Shown here: piece after piece, positions 26,101-38,100 of the stretch
Position numbering within the stretch: the stretch's first letter is position 1
Layout: each line of letters begins with the position of its first letter
Assembly (NCBI RefSeq): GCF_964194155.1
Contig: NC_135894.1
Span: 46,562,001-46,626,000, forward strand
Source of the DNA: Cetorhinus maximus
Taxonomy: Eukaryota
Length of the DNA: 64,000 nt
Direction of reading: 5' to 3'
Notes under the pieces: generated by a model
What the model was told of the DNA's origin: nothing
Seen by the model: the letters and a program-made list of their open reading frames with translations, nothing else
The model's database searches: none
Made by a program: the position numbers and the translations under genes

Positions 26101-29100
26101 GGATAGGGTCAAGAGAGCAGGAACTGTGTCTCATGGGTAAAATGAGCTCAGAGAGGGCATGAGGAAAGATAGGAGACAAACTAGAGAAATATACAATTTC
26201 AAGATTAAGGCAGGTTAAATAGTAGAGTAAGTTTGACCTAGAGAGGGAAGTGGCAGAGACTGCAAATCAGATGGTCTCTATCTTAGTGAAAAAGAAATCC
26301 ATGAGCATCCCTCCCCCAGTTGTTGGAGGTGAGGCTGGAGGAAACAAGGGAACATAAGAACATAAGAAATAGGAACAAGAGTAGACCACTCAGCCCCTCA
26401 AGCCTGCTCTGCCATTCAATAAGATCATGGCTGATCTTCTTGTGTTTCGACTTTCACGTTCCCATCTAACCCTGATAACCTTTGATTCCCTTGCCTAACA
26501 AGAATCTATCTACCTCTACCTTAAAAATATCCAATGACCCTGCCTCCAACACCTTCTGAGGCAGAGAGCTCCAAAGTCGCACAACCCTCTGAGAGAAAAA
26601 AATTCTCATCTCTGTCCTAAAAAGGTGACCCCTAATTTTTGCGGAGTTGTATGCTTTTTCCTTAACTTTGATGCTTTCCTTAACATCTTTAGTTAACCAC
26701 GGATGGTGGATCCTCCCCTTAGAACTTTTCTTTATAGTAGGAATCTACTTATTCTGAATACTCTGAAATATCCCCTTAAATGTTTGCTTCTCTATTGATC
26801 TATCCTCTAGACTAGTTTCCCAGTTCACTTCAGCTACCTCAGTTTTCATCCCCACGTAGTTGCCCTTATTCAAGTTTAAGATACTAGTCTTAGACCCGCT
26901 CTTCTCCTTTTCAAACTGGATGTAAAATTCAATCACATTGTGGTCACTGCTACCTAGTAGTGCCTTTACTCTGAGATCATTAATTAATCCTGTCACGTTA
27001 CACAATACCAAGTCTAATACAACCTGCTCTCTGGTTGGTTCCAGAACTTGCTGCTCTAAGAAACTATCTCGAGAGCATTCTAAGAACTCCTCATCCAGGC
27101 TACTACTGCCAATCTGATTTTTCCAGTTTATGTGTAGATTAAAATCACCCATAATTATTGCCATCCCTTTATCACAAGCACATTTTGTCTTGAATACTTT
27201 GTCCTATACTGTGGCCACTGTTAAGAGGCCTGTAGACCCACTAATGACTTATTTCCCCTACTATTCCTCATCACCACCCAAACCAATTCTATATCCTGAT
27301 CTCCTGAACCAAGGTCATCTCTAACTATTGCACAAATGTCCTCTTTGATTAACAGTGCTACCCCTCCACCTTTACCTAGCTTCCTATTCTTCTTCATGTA
27401 CCCTTCAATATTAAAGACCCAGTCTTTGTCGCCCTGCAGCCACGTCTCCTTAGTTGCTATCAGATCATATTTATTTACTTCAATGTAGGCCATCAATTCA
27501 TTTATTTTGTTATGAATGCTACGTGCCTTCAGTTTTGCCTTTTTGTTACCTTTGTAACATCTAGTCTTGACTGCTGATGTATTCTTAGGTTTTTTCTCTC
27601 TGTCCCTTCCTTGCAAGGACACTCATCCTAGAACGGTTCAGGTGTAAATCGTCCCAATGGTACAGCCTCCACTTTCCCCACTACTGATGCCAGTGTCCCA
27701 CAAACCAGAACCTACTTCTCACACAACAGTCTTTGAGCCACGCATTTGTCTCTCTAATCTTAATTACCCTATGCCAATTTGTACGCGGCTCAATAATCCA
27801 GAGATTATTACCATTGAAGTTCTGCTTCTTAATTTGGTACCTAGCTCCTCATACTGACTTTGCAGAAGCTCTTTCCTAGTTCTACCTATGTCACCAGTAC
27901 CTACATGGACCATGACAACTGGATCCTCCCCCTCCCGCTGCAAGTTCCTCTCCAACCCTGAGCAGATATCCCAAACCCTGGCACCAGGCAGGCAACATAG
28001 CCGTCTGGACTCTTGTTCTTTGCTGCAGAGAACAGTGTCAAGGGGTTTAATAAGAGGGTTTGCAGTAGAGATAAGAAGCTTGGGGTTTTCTTGGCATTTC
28101 CAAATGATCCTGGAATAGTGGGCAGTTTTGGCAGATGAGAGCAGGGCCCGATAGTGTTTTGTGTGGTCCAAGTAGACCTGGCAGTGGATGGCCAAACCAA
28201 TTGTCCACCATATCCTTTCAAGTATGCGTCCCTTGGACTTAAGGGAGTGGAGAAAAGGTCTGGACCATGAGGAACGGCCAGTGTGAGAGAGTGTGCTGGT
28301 TTGAATGAGGACAAGGGTGTTGAAGGTGGAAGTGAGTGTGCGATTGAGAAGAACGGTGGCTGCAGAAATGCTTGGCAAATGGAGGGCCAAAGTCTGGACA
28401 GTTGGGATCTTGAAAGTGAACCAAAGACATACTGCAGTTTGCTTTGTACTACTATATCAGGGATATCACCAAGGTTCCTTACACCAGGAGATACACATGC
28501 ATCAACTTGCCAATGAAAATAGCGAAGAACAATGAGGGTGCATTAGTCCTCTGCAGCATCCAAGATGCCATAGGCTCCATCCACATTGCCTTGCATGGTC
28601 CCTGTTGGAGCCTGACATGTCTCACAATGGAAAGGGACACCACTCTCTGAATGTGTACTTTGTTTGTGACCACAGGTAGTATATCATGCAAGTTCCTGGC
28701 AACTGTCATGGTTCATTCATCCTGTGTTAGCAATTTGAATGCAAGTCCTATGGGATGGGGAGGTTCTTGTGCAACAGGGGGTACGATTGCAAAGTTTATG
28801 GAAATGGGGAAGCAGATCTACTCTTCCTAGTTCCACTGAAACATTTTTCCTTATTGTGGCAGTCACTGCTTAGGCCACAACAACTGCTTAAGAAGCAGAG
28901 CATGCCCACCTCCTGCAATGCTCACAAGACCCAATTGCTGTAAGGAAGCTGAAAACAAGTGTTAGCCCCAAGTGTAAGGTGTCTGGTGTGTTAGTTGGCC
29001 ATCCGGGGTGCCTAAACGATACCTTCGCCAATATAAGAACATCTATAATGCAGGAGCATATCAGGTGTGGGATATTGCCCCCTGCACAATTTGCTCCTTT

Positions 29101-32100
29101 GCACCCCTCAGAAAACAAATGCAATGAGAGGCAATTTCTAGGGCTTGATGATAAATCAAATCTCAAATCCACAGTGATCTGAATTAAGAAGCAAAAAGTG
29201 TATCATCACATTATTGAAGGTATTCAATAGGCCTCCAAATAGTGAGAGAAATGGAGGAGCAAATCTTTAGGGAAATTATAGAGATGTGCGAGAACTATAG
29301 AGTGCTGATATTGGGGGGCTTTAATTATACAAATATTGATTGGGATGGTGTTAGTTTAAAGTTTAAGAAGAGGAAGGAATTTCTGAAATGTGCTCGGGAG
29401 AACTTCCTTGATCAGTATGTTCTTGGCCCAACTAGAAAGGCATTGCTGGCTGGTGCTGGGCCACATTGACCAAGTGTCTGTGGGAGAACATTTGGGTAAG
29501 AGTGATCATTGGATCAGAAAGTTTAAACTAGTAATGCAGAAAAGTAAGGAATAACCTAAGGTGGAACGCCTAAATTAGAAGAGGGCTAATTTTAATGGAC
29601 TGAGAAGAGATCTAGCCAGGGTAAAATGGAACCTAAGATTGCCAGGAAAAACTGTAATAAAACAATTGGTGATCTTTAAAGAGGAGATATGTCAGATACA
29701 AGCTAACTACATTCCAACAAGGGCCAGAAATATTGACACAGAACCAGGTCTCCTTGGGTAATGAGAGGGAGATAGAGAATATGATGAAACAAAAAAAGGA
29801 GGGTGTATGATGCATTTCAGGTAAATTCTTCAAGCAAGAACCCCAGGTCAAATACAATAGGTTGAGAGGGAAGACAAGGGGGATTTTTTTATTCTTTCAT
29901 GGGGTGTGGGCTTCACTGGCTCGGCCATTTTTTATTGCCCATTCCTAATTGCCCTTAGAAGATGGTTGTGAGTCGACTTCTTGAACCACTGCAGGCCATA
30001 TGGTGTAGGTACACCAACAGTGATGTTAGAAAGGAAGTTTCAGGATTTTGAACCAGCGACAGTGAATGAATGTCAATATAGTTCCAAGTCAGGATGGTGT
30101 GTGGCTTGGAGGGGAACTTGCAGATGGTGGTGTTCCCATGCATCTATTGTCTTTGTCCTTCAAGGTGGTAGAGATTGTGGGTTTGGAAGGTGCTGTTGCA
30201 GGAGTCTTGGTGAGTTGCTGCAGTTCATCTTGTAGACATACAGCTGCCACTGCGCGTCAGTGGTGGAGGGAGTTAATGTTTAGGGTGGTGGATGTGGTGC
30301 CAATCAAGCGGGTTGCTTTGTCCTGGACAGTGTCGATCTTCTTGAGTGTTGTTGGAGCTGCACTCATCCAGGCAAGTGGAGAGTATTCCATCACAATCCT
30401 GACTTGAGACTTGTAGATGGTGGGAAGGCTTTGGGGGATCAGGAGATGAGTTTCTCTCTGCAGAATTCCCAGCCTCTGGCCTGCTCTTGTAGCCACAGTG
30501 TTTATGTGGCTGGTCCAATTCAGTTTTTAGTCAATGGTAATCCCCAGGATGTTGATGGTGGAGGACTCAGCAATGGTAATGCCATTGAATGTCAAGGGGA
30601 AATGGTTAGATTGTCTCTTGTTGGAGATGACCATTGCCTGGCAATTGTGTGGAGCAAATGTTACCACTTATCAGCCCAAGCCTGAATGTTGTCTAGGTCA
30701 GCTATAGGACTGGCAAAGAAAGAATATGAGAATAAGATTGCAGTCAACAGAAAAGGGAACCCAAAAATGCAAGTGGATGGTAAGAGTTGACATGGCTCCT
30801 ATTAGGGACAAAGAAGGTGTCCGTGTTTACTAAGGAAGAAGAATCTGACAATATATCAGTAGAAACAGAGATAGTGGAGGTAGTAGATGGGGTGAAAATT
30901 GAGGGGGCGGGAAAAAGGCTGGGTACACTTACGGTACATAAGTCTGCTGGACCAGAAGGGCTTGCCATACTCTTCCAATCTTACATAGATATGGAAGAAG
31001 TGCCAGAGGATTGGAGAGTGGCAACTGTGACACGCTTATCCAAGAAAAGGTGTAACAACAATATTAACAACCAGAGGCCCGTTAGTTTAACATCAGTGGT
31101 GGGTTTTAGAAACAATAATCAGGGAAAAATATCAACAGAAACTTGGAGAGGTTTGAGGTAATTAAGGAGAGCCAGCACAGATTTGTAAAAGGCAGATCGT
31201 GCTTGACTAATCTAACTTAACTTTTTGATGAAGTAACAGAGAAGGTTCATGAAGGAAATGCAGTGGATGTTGTCTATATGAATATTAAGAAACATTTGAT
31301 AAAGTACCACAGAAAAGGCTGCTTAACAAAACAGAGACTCATAGGGCAGAATTTTACACCCATCGGGCGGGTGCGTGCCTGACCCGATCGGACGTGAAAT
31401 CGCATGAGATAACATGGGGCAAGCATCCCGACGCCATCCCGTTCTCGAGCAATACTTCGGTCAGTGGGCGCGCACAAAAGTCGGAAGCACGCCTGCCGAC
31501 AATTAAGGGGGCAATTAAGTCCATTAACGGAGCAATTGACTCCAATTTTTCGTGGTCCACCGACATTACGGTTGGCAGGTGGGCGAATGGGCCAGGCTGC
31601 CTTTACATTTTTCATGAAGCCTCACCTAAGGTCACCACATTTTAGAAATGATGCAAGGGTTCTTGAGAGGATGGACTGGAGGTTTTACCAGAATGTTTCT
31701 GGAGGGGATTTTAGCTACAAGGTTAGATTGGAAAAGCTGGGGTTGTTCTCCCAGGAGCAAAGGAGATTGAGGGGGGAATCGATAGAGGTGTGCAATGTTA
31801 TTACAGGTTTGGATTATAAGGTAGACAAAGAAAATTTTTTTCCATTAGCAGATGGCACAAGGTTTAGGCGACCCATATGCAAAGTTTTGGGAAAGAGATG
31901 CAGGGGGCATGTGAGGAAAAATGTTTTTACGCAGCAAGTGGTAATGACCTGGAACTCACTACCCATGTGGGTGACGTAAGCAGAGACAATCAATGATTTC
32001 AAACAAAATTGGATGGGCACTTAAATGGAATAAACTTGCAAGGCTACGGAGATAGAGCAGAGAAATGGGACTAACTGGATTGCTCCAGGGAGAGCCAGCC

Positions 32101-35100
32101 TGTTGGGTCAAATTACTTCCTTCTGTGCCATAAAAGATTTTATGATCCTTAAGTGTATTTAAGTTTAATATAAGAATACCATACTTGGCTAATTGTCTCT
32201 CTTCAGATTTAGAAACCCCCCAGCTCACCAGAATTTGCAGTTTGCAGCTATTTTTTGTGTTACACCATCACTACATGTGCACATATTCTATATGGCTTAT
32301 GCAGTTCTCTTCCATATCTCGATGTTGGTTTCCTGTTCTCGTGGTTGGGTGTTATATAATCATAGCAGCAAATTTAGCAACAGAGCTAAAGGCTATTTTT
32401 TCTATTCTCTTTTAAAAGAGACACAGTTGATTTATATTTTGGGCAGTCATTGAAGTCAATAAAGAAATCGGACAGAGTGTAAAATGATCTGTCGCCCCAC
32501 TAACATCATTTTTTTGAAACCACCCAAGAATTGCACCTATGGGCTAGGATGAAATTTCAAAATATTTCCTCTCCAGCGCTTTTTCCCGATTGTAAATGAA
32601 ATTGACACTTGTAGCTCCATGTAAACGGCCACCTGAATGTCACAGGTTAGAGGTGAACTTCTTTGGTCTTACCGCAGTGTGTGTAATGCAGTAAAGGCGT
32701 TTACAGGAGAAATTTGCGTGAAAGTTGTTTCTGCTGCTGGTGTACCTTTAAAACACTTCCCCAAGTTCCCTTGTACTTTTTGAACCTTCACACTGTGTCC
32801 TTACTGGCCTTGTCTGCATGACCCAGTGTGAAAGCCCCTGGTTTAACAGCTGCAAATTTCCAGGTTTTGCACCGCTAATACATTCAGGGTAACATAAATG
32901 AGTCTTAGGAGATCAGCGGATGAAGGCAGAAGGTGAGAAGTTGCTGAGATAGAAGTCTGGAGATATTGTATAGCTGGGAAACACATTTTAAAGCTTTCTC
33001 CCCAGCTTCTTTTTGGAAATGCAACATATCTCACCCATTCTTCATTGCTCCAATTCCTTTGAAACATTGTTGATACATCCTCACTACCACTACAAAATTC
33101 CCCTGGGTTCAAGTCCCTGATCTTGTGTCTGGGAGAGAGGCAGGTGGTTATGTTTGTGGCCTTTGGGGAAAAGGAAGTTGGGACAGGATGAAACAACTGC
33201 CATTGGTGGATGTGCCTTATCTGCTTTCTCATCGTCCCCATGCACAACGAAGCAGAAAAGTACTCCACAGCTCCACCTACCTCTCCTTCTCTTCATCATC
33301 ATTTCCCCTTATGCCAACCTTCACTGTATAGATCTGCCAGCAAAGAGGATAGGATCTAAGAATGGGTGAGCATTACCCTCTTGAAATTGAAGAGACAGAG
33401 AAAGAGGGTAGATGTTCTATCTGTGTGCTGCTTCAGAGGAATCCCAACAGAACAATGTAGATGTACAATTAATAACCTGGCATTGGCAGACTGCTGCTGA
33501 TTTAGCCATCATCCACAGTAAGTGCTAAGCGAGTGCTCAGAAGATGTAGGGGCTGAGGGGTTTAATGGTGGCCTGCCTTTGGCATGAATTATGTTCCAAT
33601 TTGTCTTGTAAGAAGAGAGTGTGAATGAGATTAAGGCTAGCAGTGAAAGTTGAAAGATGTAATGGTATGACACTGTTAAAGGAGAGGAAGGGGCTTTAAA
33701 CTTGTGCATGTAAATAACTGGTGTGAGTGGGGCAGTCATTCTGCAAGGTGTCGAGCTAGACCAGAGACCTAGACCAGAATGTAGTGTGGATGGTTAGTTG
33801 TGGCAGCATTGCTTTAAGAGGTTGAAGGGTATGTTAGTGCCCAGAATGGGTAAGGAATAGAAGTGAGAGTGTGCCCAGTATGTTACCTTGCCAGCTTAAG
33901 TAACGTCCTTAAACTTATTGCAACACTGTTCCACAAGCCTGGTGGTAAGGATATTGACACTTTCAGAGCTACTAATCTCTCTTTCCAGATAACATGAATT
34001 ACTAGGTAGCTTGTTACTCACACTCAGGATTCTGTACCTTTTGCCTTTGATTTCCTGAGGACTTGGGGGTCTCAATTCCTGAAGTTCTGAGCTCTACCTT
34101 GGTTTGGTGTCCTGCCCCATCCAGTTGGTGTTGTCATTCTCTGCAAGTATAATAAAAATGTTGATAATACATGAAATTACTAGAGAGTTTTTTTTTTATT
34201 CATTGGATGTGGGCATCACTGGCTAGGCCAGCATTTATTGCCCATCCCTAGTTGCCCTTGTTCAGAGAGCATTTAAGAGTCTCAACCACATTGGTCTGGA
34301 GTCACATGTAGGCAGGTAAGGACATTAGTGAAACAGATGGGTTTTTACAGCAGTCAGCAATGGTTTTATGTTTTAAATTTACTTTTTTTAATTCCAGATT
34401 TTTATTGAATTTAAATTTCACCATCTACCATGGTGGGACTCGAACCCAGGTCCACAGAACATTACCCTAGGTCTCGGGTTTACCAGTCCAACAACAATAC
34501 CGCCATGTCATCACCTCCCCCAGTGAATTGAAAGGACCAATCAGTGGTCCTCTTTTGTATCTTTGTCTCCCAGTCTATTGCTGCACAGAAGTTGTCAAAT
34601 AGTTCAGTTCGTTCCATCAGTTTTAGCCCATTGACTGCTCCAACAAGAGTGCAATGGACCTGCATGCATCTCCTGCTCTAGACCATTGGGACCATAAACA
34701 TCTTGGCTAGCATTCCAGACTCCGCATGAATTCAAGTAAGCACACAGAACAGAGCTCTTCCCCATTACAGATCAACACAGAGCTGCTAGCTTGCAGTGTT
34801 CTAAAACAGGTCAAGCAACAGCAATACAAACAATACAAAGGCAGATTAGTTTCATTCCTCTGTATAGCTCTTACTTTGCTAGTGTTTGACTAATCAAATA
34901 AAATCAAAATAGGATGGAATTGAATAAGATGGTCTCCTAACCTCTAATTACCTTGTCTATTTTTTACACTCCAGCTGTTGTATAAGTTTGCCACCTTAAC
35001 AGCGGATGATCATTTAGAGTAGAAGACATCTGAAAAAGAGTCAAACGGACTCCAAACGTTAACTCTGGGCAGAATTTTCCGCCTGTTGGGTGGGCGGGGG

Positions 35101-38100
35101 TGGGGGCGGGGGCGGGGGCGGGGGCGGGCCCAACCCAATCTCCGGCGGGCGGGGAGCCGATCCCCGCAGGAGAAGCCGGCCGCGCCGCCATGTTACGTGG
35201 GCGGGCCAATTAAGACCCGCCCAGCGTGACATCCGGCGGGAAGCGCTATGCGCTCCCTGTGCAGGCAGGGGGGGATTCCCTAAAAGCGAGAATGCACTCT
35301 TTCACGCATGCACACAAAAGAGCGCACATCTCCCTGAGGCTAAGTGCTGCCTCAGAGAGATCACTTCCACTTTGAAAAAGATTAAAAATAGAAAGAAAAA
35401 TTCCCTAGCATGTCCTCCTCATGTGACAATGTCACATGAGATGGGACATGTTCATAATTTACATAACAACTTTATTAAAATTTTTAAAACCCTACATGAA
35501 ACCTCATCCCACCAGTGGATGAGGTTTCATGTTTTTCAGAAGCCCACTGGGGCTCCTGGCCGACCTGCCAACCTTAAAGTTGGATGGGCAGGCCCTTTAA
35601 CTGTTTAAATGATCCTGTCAATGGCCTCAATTGGCCATTGACAGGTCGGTGGGTCCGCAGCTGATTTTGCTGCGCACCCCCCACCTGAAAATTTAAATGG
35701 GGCAGGATGATATCGGGGGTTTCACCCGACATCATCCCGCGTCACTTTACGCGTCGGCGAGCAGGCCCCGACCCCTGCTCACCGACGGCAAAATTCTGCC
35801 CTCTGTTCTCTCTCCACAGATGCTGCCAGAGCTGCTGAGTTTTTCCAGCATTTTCAGTTTCCAAATCATTTAGAATAGACTGTCTTCACCTTCTGAAATA
35901 AATAGGACAATGATCTCTTCCCAAAATGGGATTATTTTTCACATATTCATTTTGATATAAACAAAACCTAATATTTTTTAAATGCCTTTGAGTCGATTAA
36001 ATAGTTAACACTGAGGGAATCTGAAAATAATGTCTTTTGACATTGCTAAGTACTAAATATGATTTTGTGATACAGGTCATTTAAGCTATCAATCATATTG
36101 CTTTTACCGCTCTGTTAGCAGTGGCAGGTACCTCATTAGACAATAATATATATTTAGGAAAACAGACACAGGGCATGTAATACAAGGCAGTAACAATGGA
36201 GGTGGTTAGATGATGCTAATGCCTTAAGTGTCTAAAGTAGAACAGTTTAAAAGTGCAAACTTTACCCCTGGATTAAATTAAGCCTTGTTATTTTACATGC
36301 CAAAATTAAAACTTGTATCAGCACATGGTAACATTGTGATCTAATGAAACAGGTAATCTGAAAAAGTTTCATTAGATCTTGCACATTTCTTGCAATGCAA
36401 AGTACCATTACTGTAAATGTTGAAGACCCCCTTTGAAAAAGTAAAATAACTTCAGCAATGACTAAAATATTTTCATTTTAGTACTGCAAAAGATATTTTT
36501 TGAAAGGGCATATGCGCTTTCTAAATTATTGAATGTTCATTTGAACATTTACTGATACACAGAGTGTTTTTGATACAGTGTAATGACTGTAAGCCACTTC
36601 CTGTGTGTTACAGTAAGAGGCACAGTATTCATATCAGAAGTTTGAAAAAGTCAACCGAAGTCAGATAAGTTTCCAGGTAATCTGTATCCATTAAATGGGT
36701 ATAAAATAGCACTTCCACAACCTGCAGCAAAATGATTAATGATATGACAATATCAATGATATGACCAGTGTTGAAGATATGGGCGGAATTTTCCCAGAAT
36801 TGCACTAAGTGCAGTAGCAGATGGGTAAAATGGCATCCTACCCGCTGATGGAAATGGCGGGTTTTTACGCCATACCTTCCTGAGCTCGCCTCATTATATA
36901 TTCACTCCTGCAAAATACGCTGTTTCCATGGCGGATGGGCTCTCATTCACCTGCTTGCCATCACCCTGCTGTTGCATTGCGCCGGCCGCCATCTTTAAAA
37001 GGCAGCCACCAGCAAAGCGCTCATCACCACCAGCTCACCACCACTGCCCGGGAGACATGGCTTGCAAAGGCAAAAAGACTGCAGCTCCCCCCGCTTCAAC
37101 GAGGGGTCCCTCGAGCGACTGCTAGATGCCATGGAGGCCTACCGGGAAGTGCTCTACCCACGCTCTGGCCGCAGGATGGGTAGCAATGTCACCAACCCAG
37201 CTTGGGAGGCAGAAGCAGTGGTGGCCAGCGCGAACATCCTGCAGAAGAGGACAGCCACCCAGTGCCACAAAAGGATGAATGATCTCCTCCGTTCTGCCAG
37301 GGTAAGTCACTCTTTTCATCACACATCCACAGAGCCCTCATTCACTGCCAGTGTAAGGGACATCACCATTCACTCTTTCACGCACACTGTCATTGTCATC
37401 ACTACCCGCACAGGCCAGGCATACTTATCATCTGGCCCGGCAGGCATCCTGCTTACCCTCTCTCCATCTCTATCCATGCTGGACAAACTGGCTCATAACA
37501 GGAGGGAAAGGTGGAGGGATGCCAGAATTCAAAATCCTAACAGAATTCGAAAACAGAGTCATCCAGCTGGTCGACGATGACTGGGGCCGGACCTGTGCTG
37601 ATGGTGATGTCAGCGCTGCTCTACCAAATGAGGATCCAGCATTGCAACATCCATCAGACAACCATGCCGTGAGTGACGTGTCCTCTTTCACAGGCCACTG
37701 CCATGCACTAATTATCTCTCCTTGATTTCCCAGGCACATCTGCCAAACAGCCGACAGAGTCCATGACCCAGGGCCCCCAATCAAGTCCCGAAGAAACCTC
37801 TGAAGAGGAATCTAAAGGCACCCTCCCTGAAGTCCCATCACAGCGCTCACCCACCCCGTCCACCAGCGCAGAGACACACACCTCAGTGGAACCTAGCTTT
37901 AGAGTAGCCTCGGGATCACAATCTGGTGAGCACATCGCACTGTCTGATCCATAGCAGGCGGAGGCAGGGACTTCCCAGGTCCCCGGCACTCGGAGGACTG
38001 CTGGAGGCCAGAACGTTGCCGAGTCCGAGTCTGATGATGAGCCTCTGGACTCGGCCATGTCACAGTTGCTGGAGATGCAAAGGCAAGCTCAGGAACAACA

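Larger units (their letters stand above)
24500..29050 (+). pseudogene. Very degenerate Harbinger transposase split by L2 and CR1 insertions (pieces ~24500-24800 and ~28430-29050)
   Basis: N-terminal EAVTELCHLL…AVTTALN…TG.FQ; the C-terminal piece retains KGHHSLNV..VCDH and PGNCH.SFI motifs. Confidence 0.5.
29200..32150 (+). mobile_element. Fragmented CR1 LINE ORF2, interrupted by a family-2 LINE and a MITE
   Basis: LILGGFNYTNIDW…ENFLDQYV (EN); VPEDWRVATVT…RPVSLTSVV (RT); RLEKLGLFSQEQRRLRGE…WNSLP (C-term). Confidence 0.8.

Noticed and set aside
27764-28390. 208-aa ORF as a novel gene
   Set aside because: Chance in-frame fusion of L2 ORF2 and CR1 ORF1 at a nested-insertion junction.
34430-34521. 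tRNA gene
   Set aside because: Only a B-box-like motif in a SINE head; no intact cloverleaf, and it is followed by SINE body and LINE tail.
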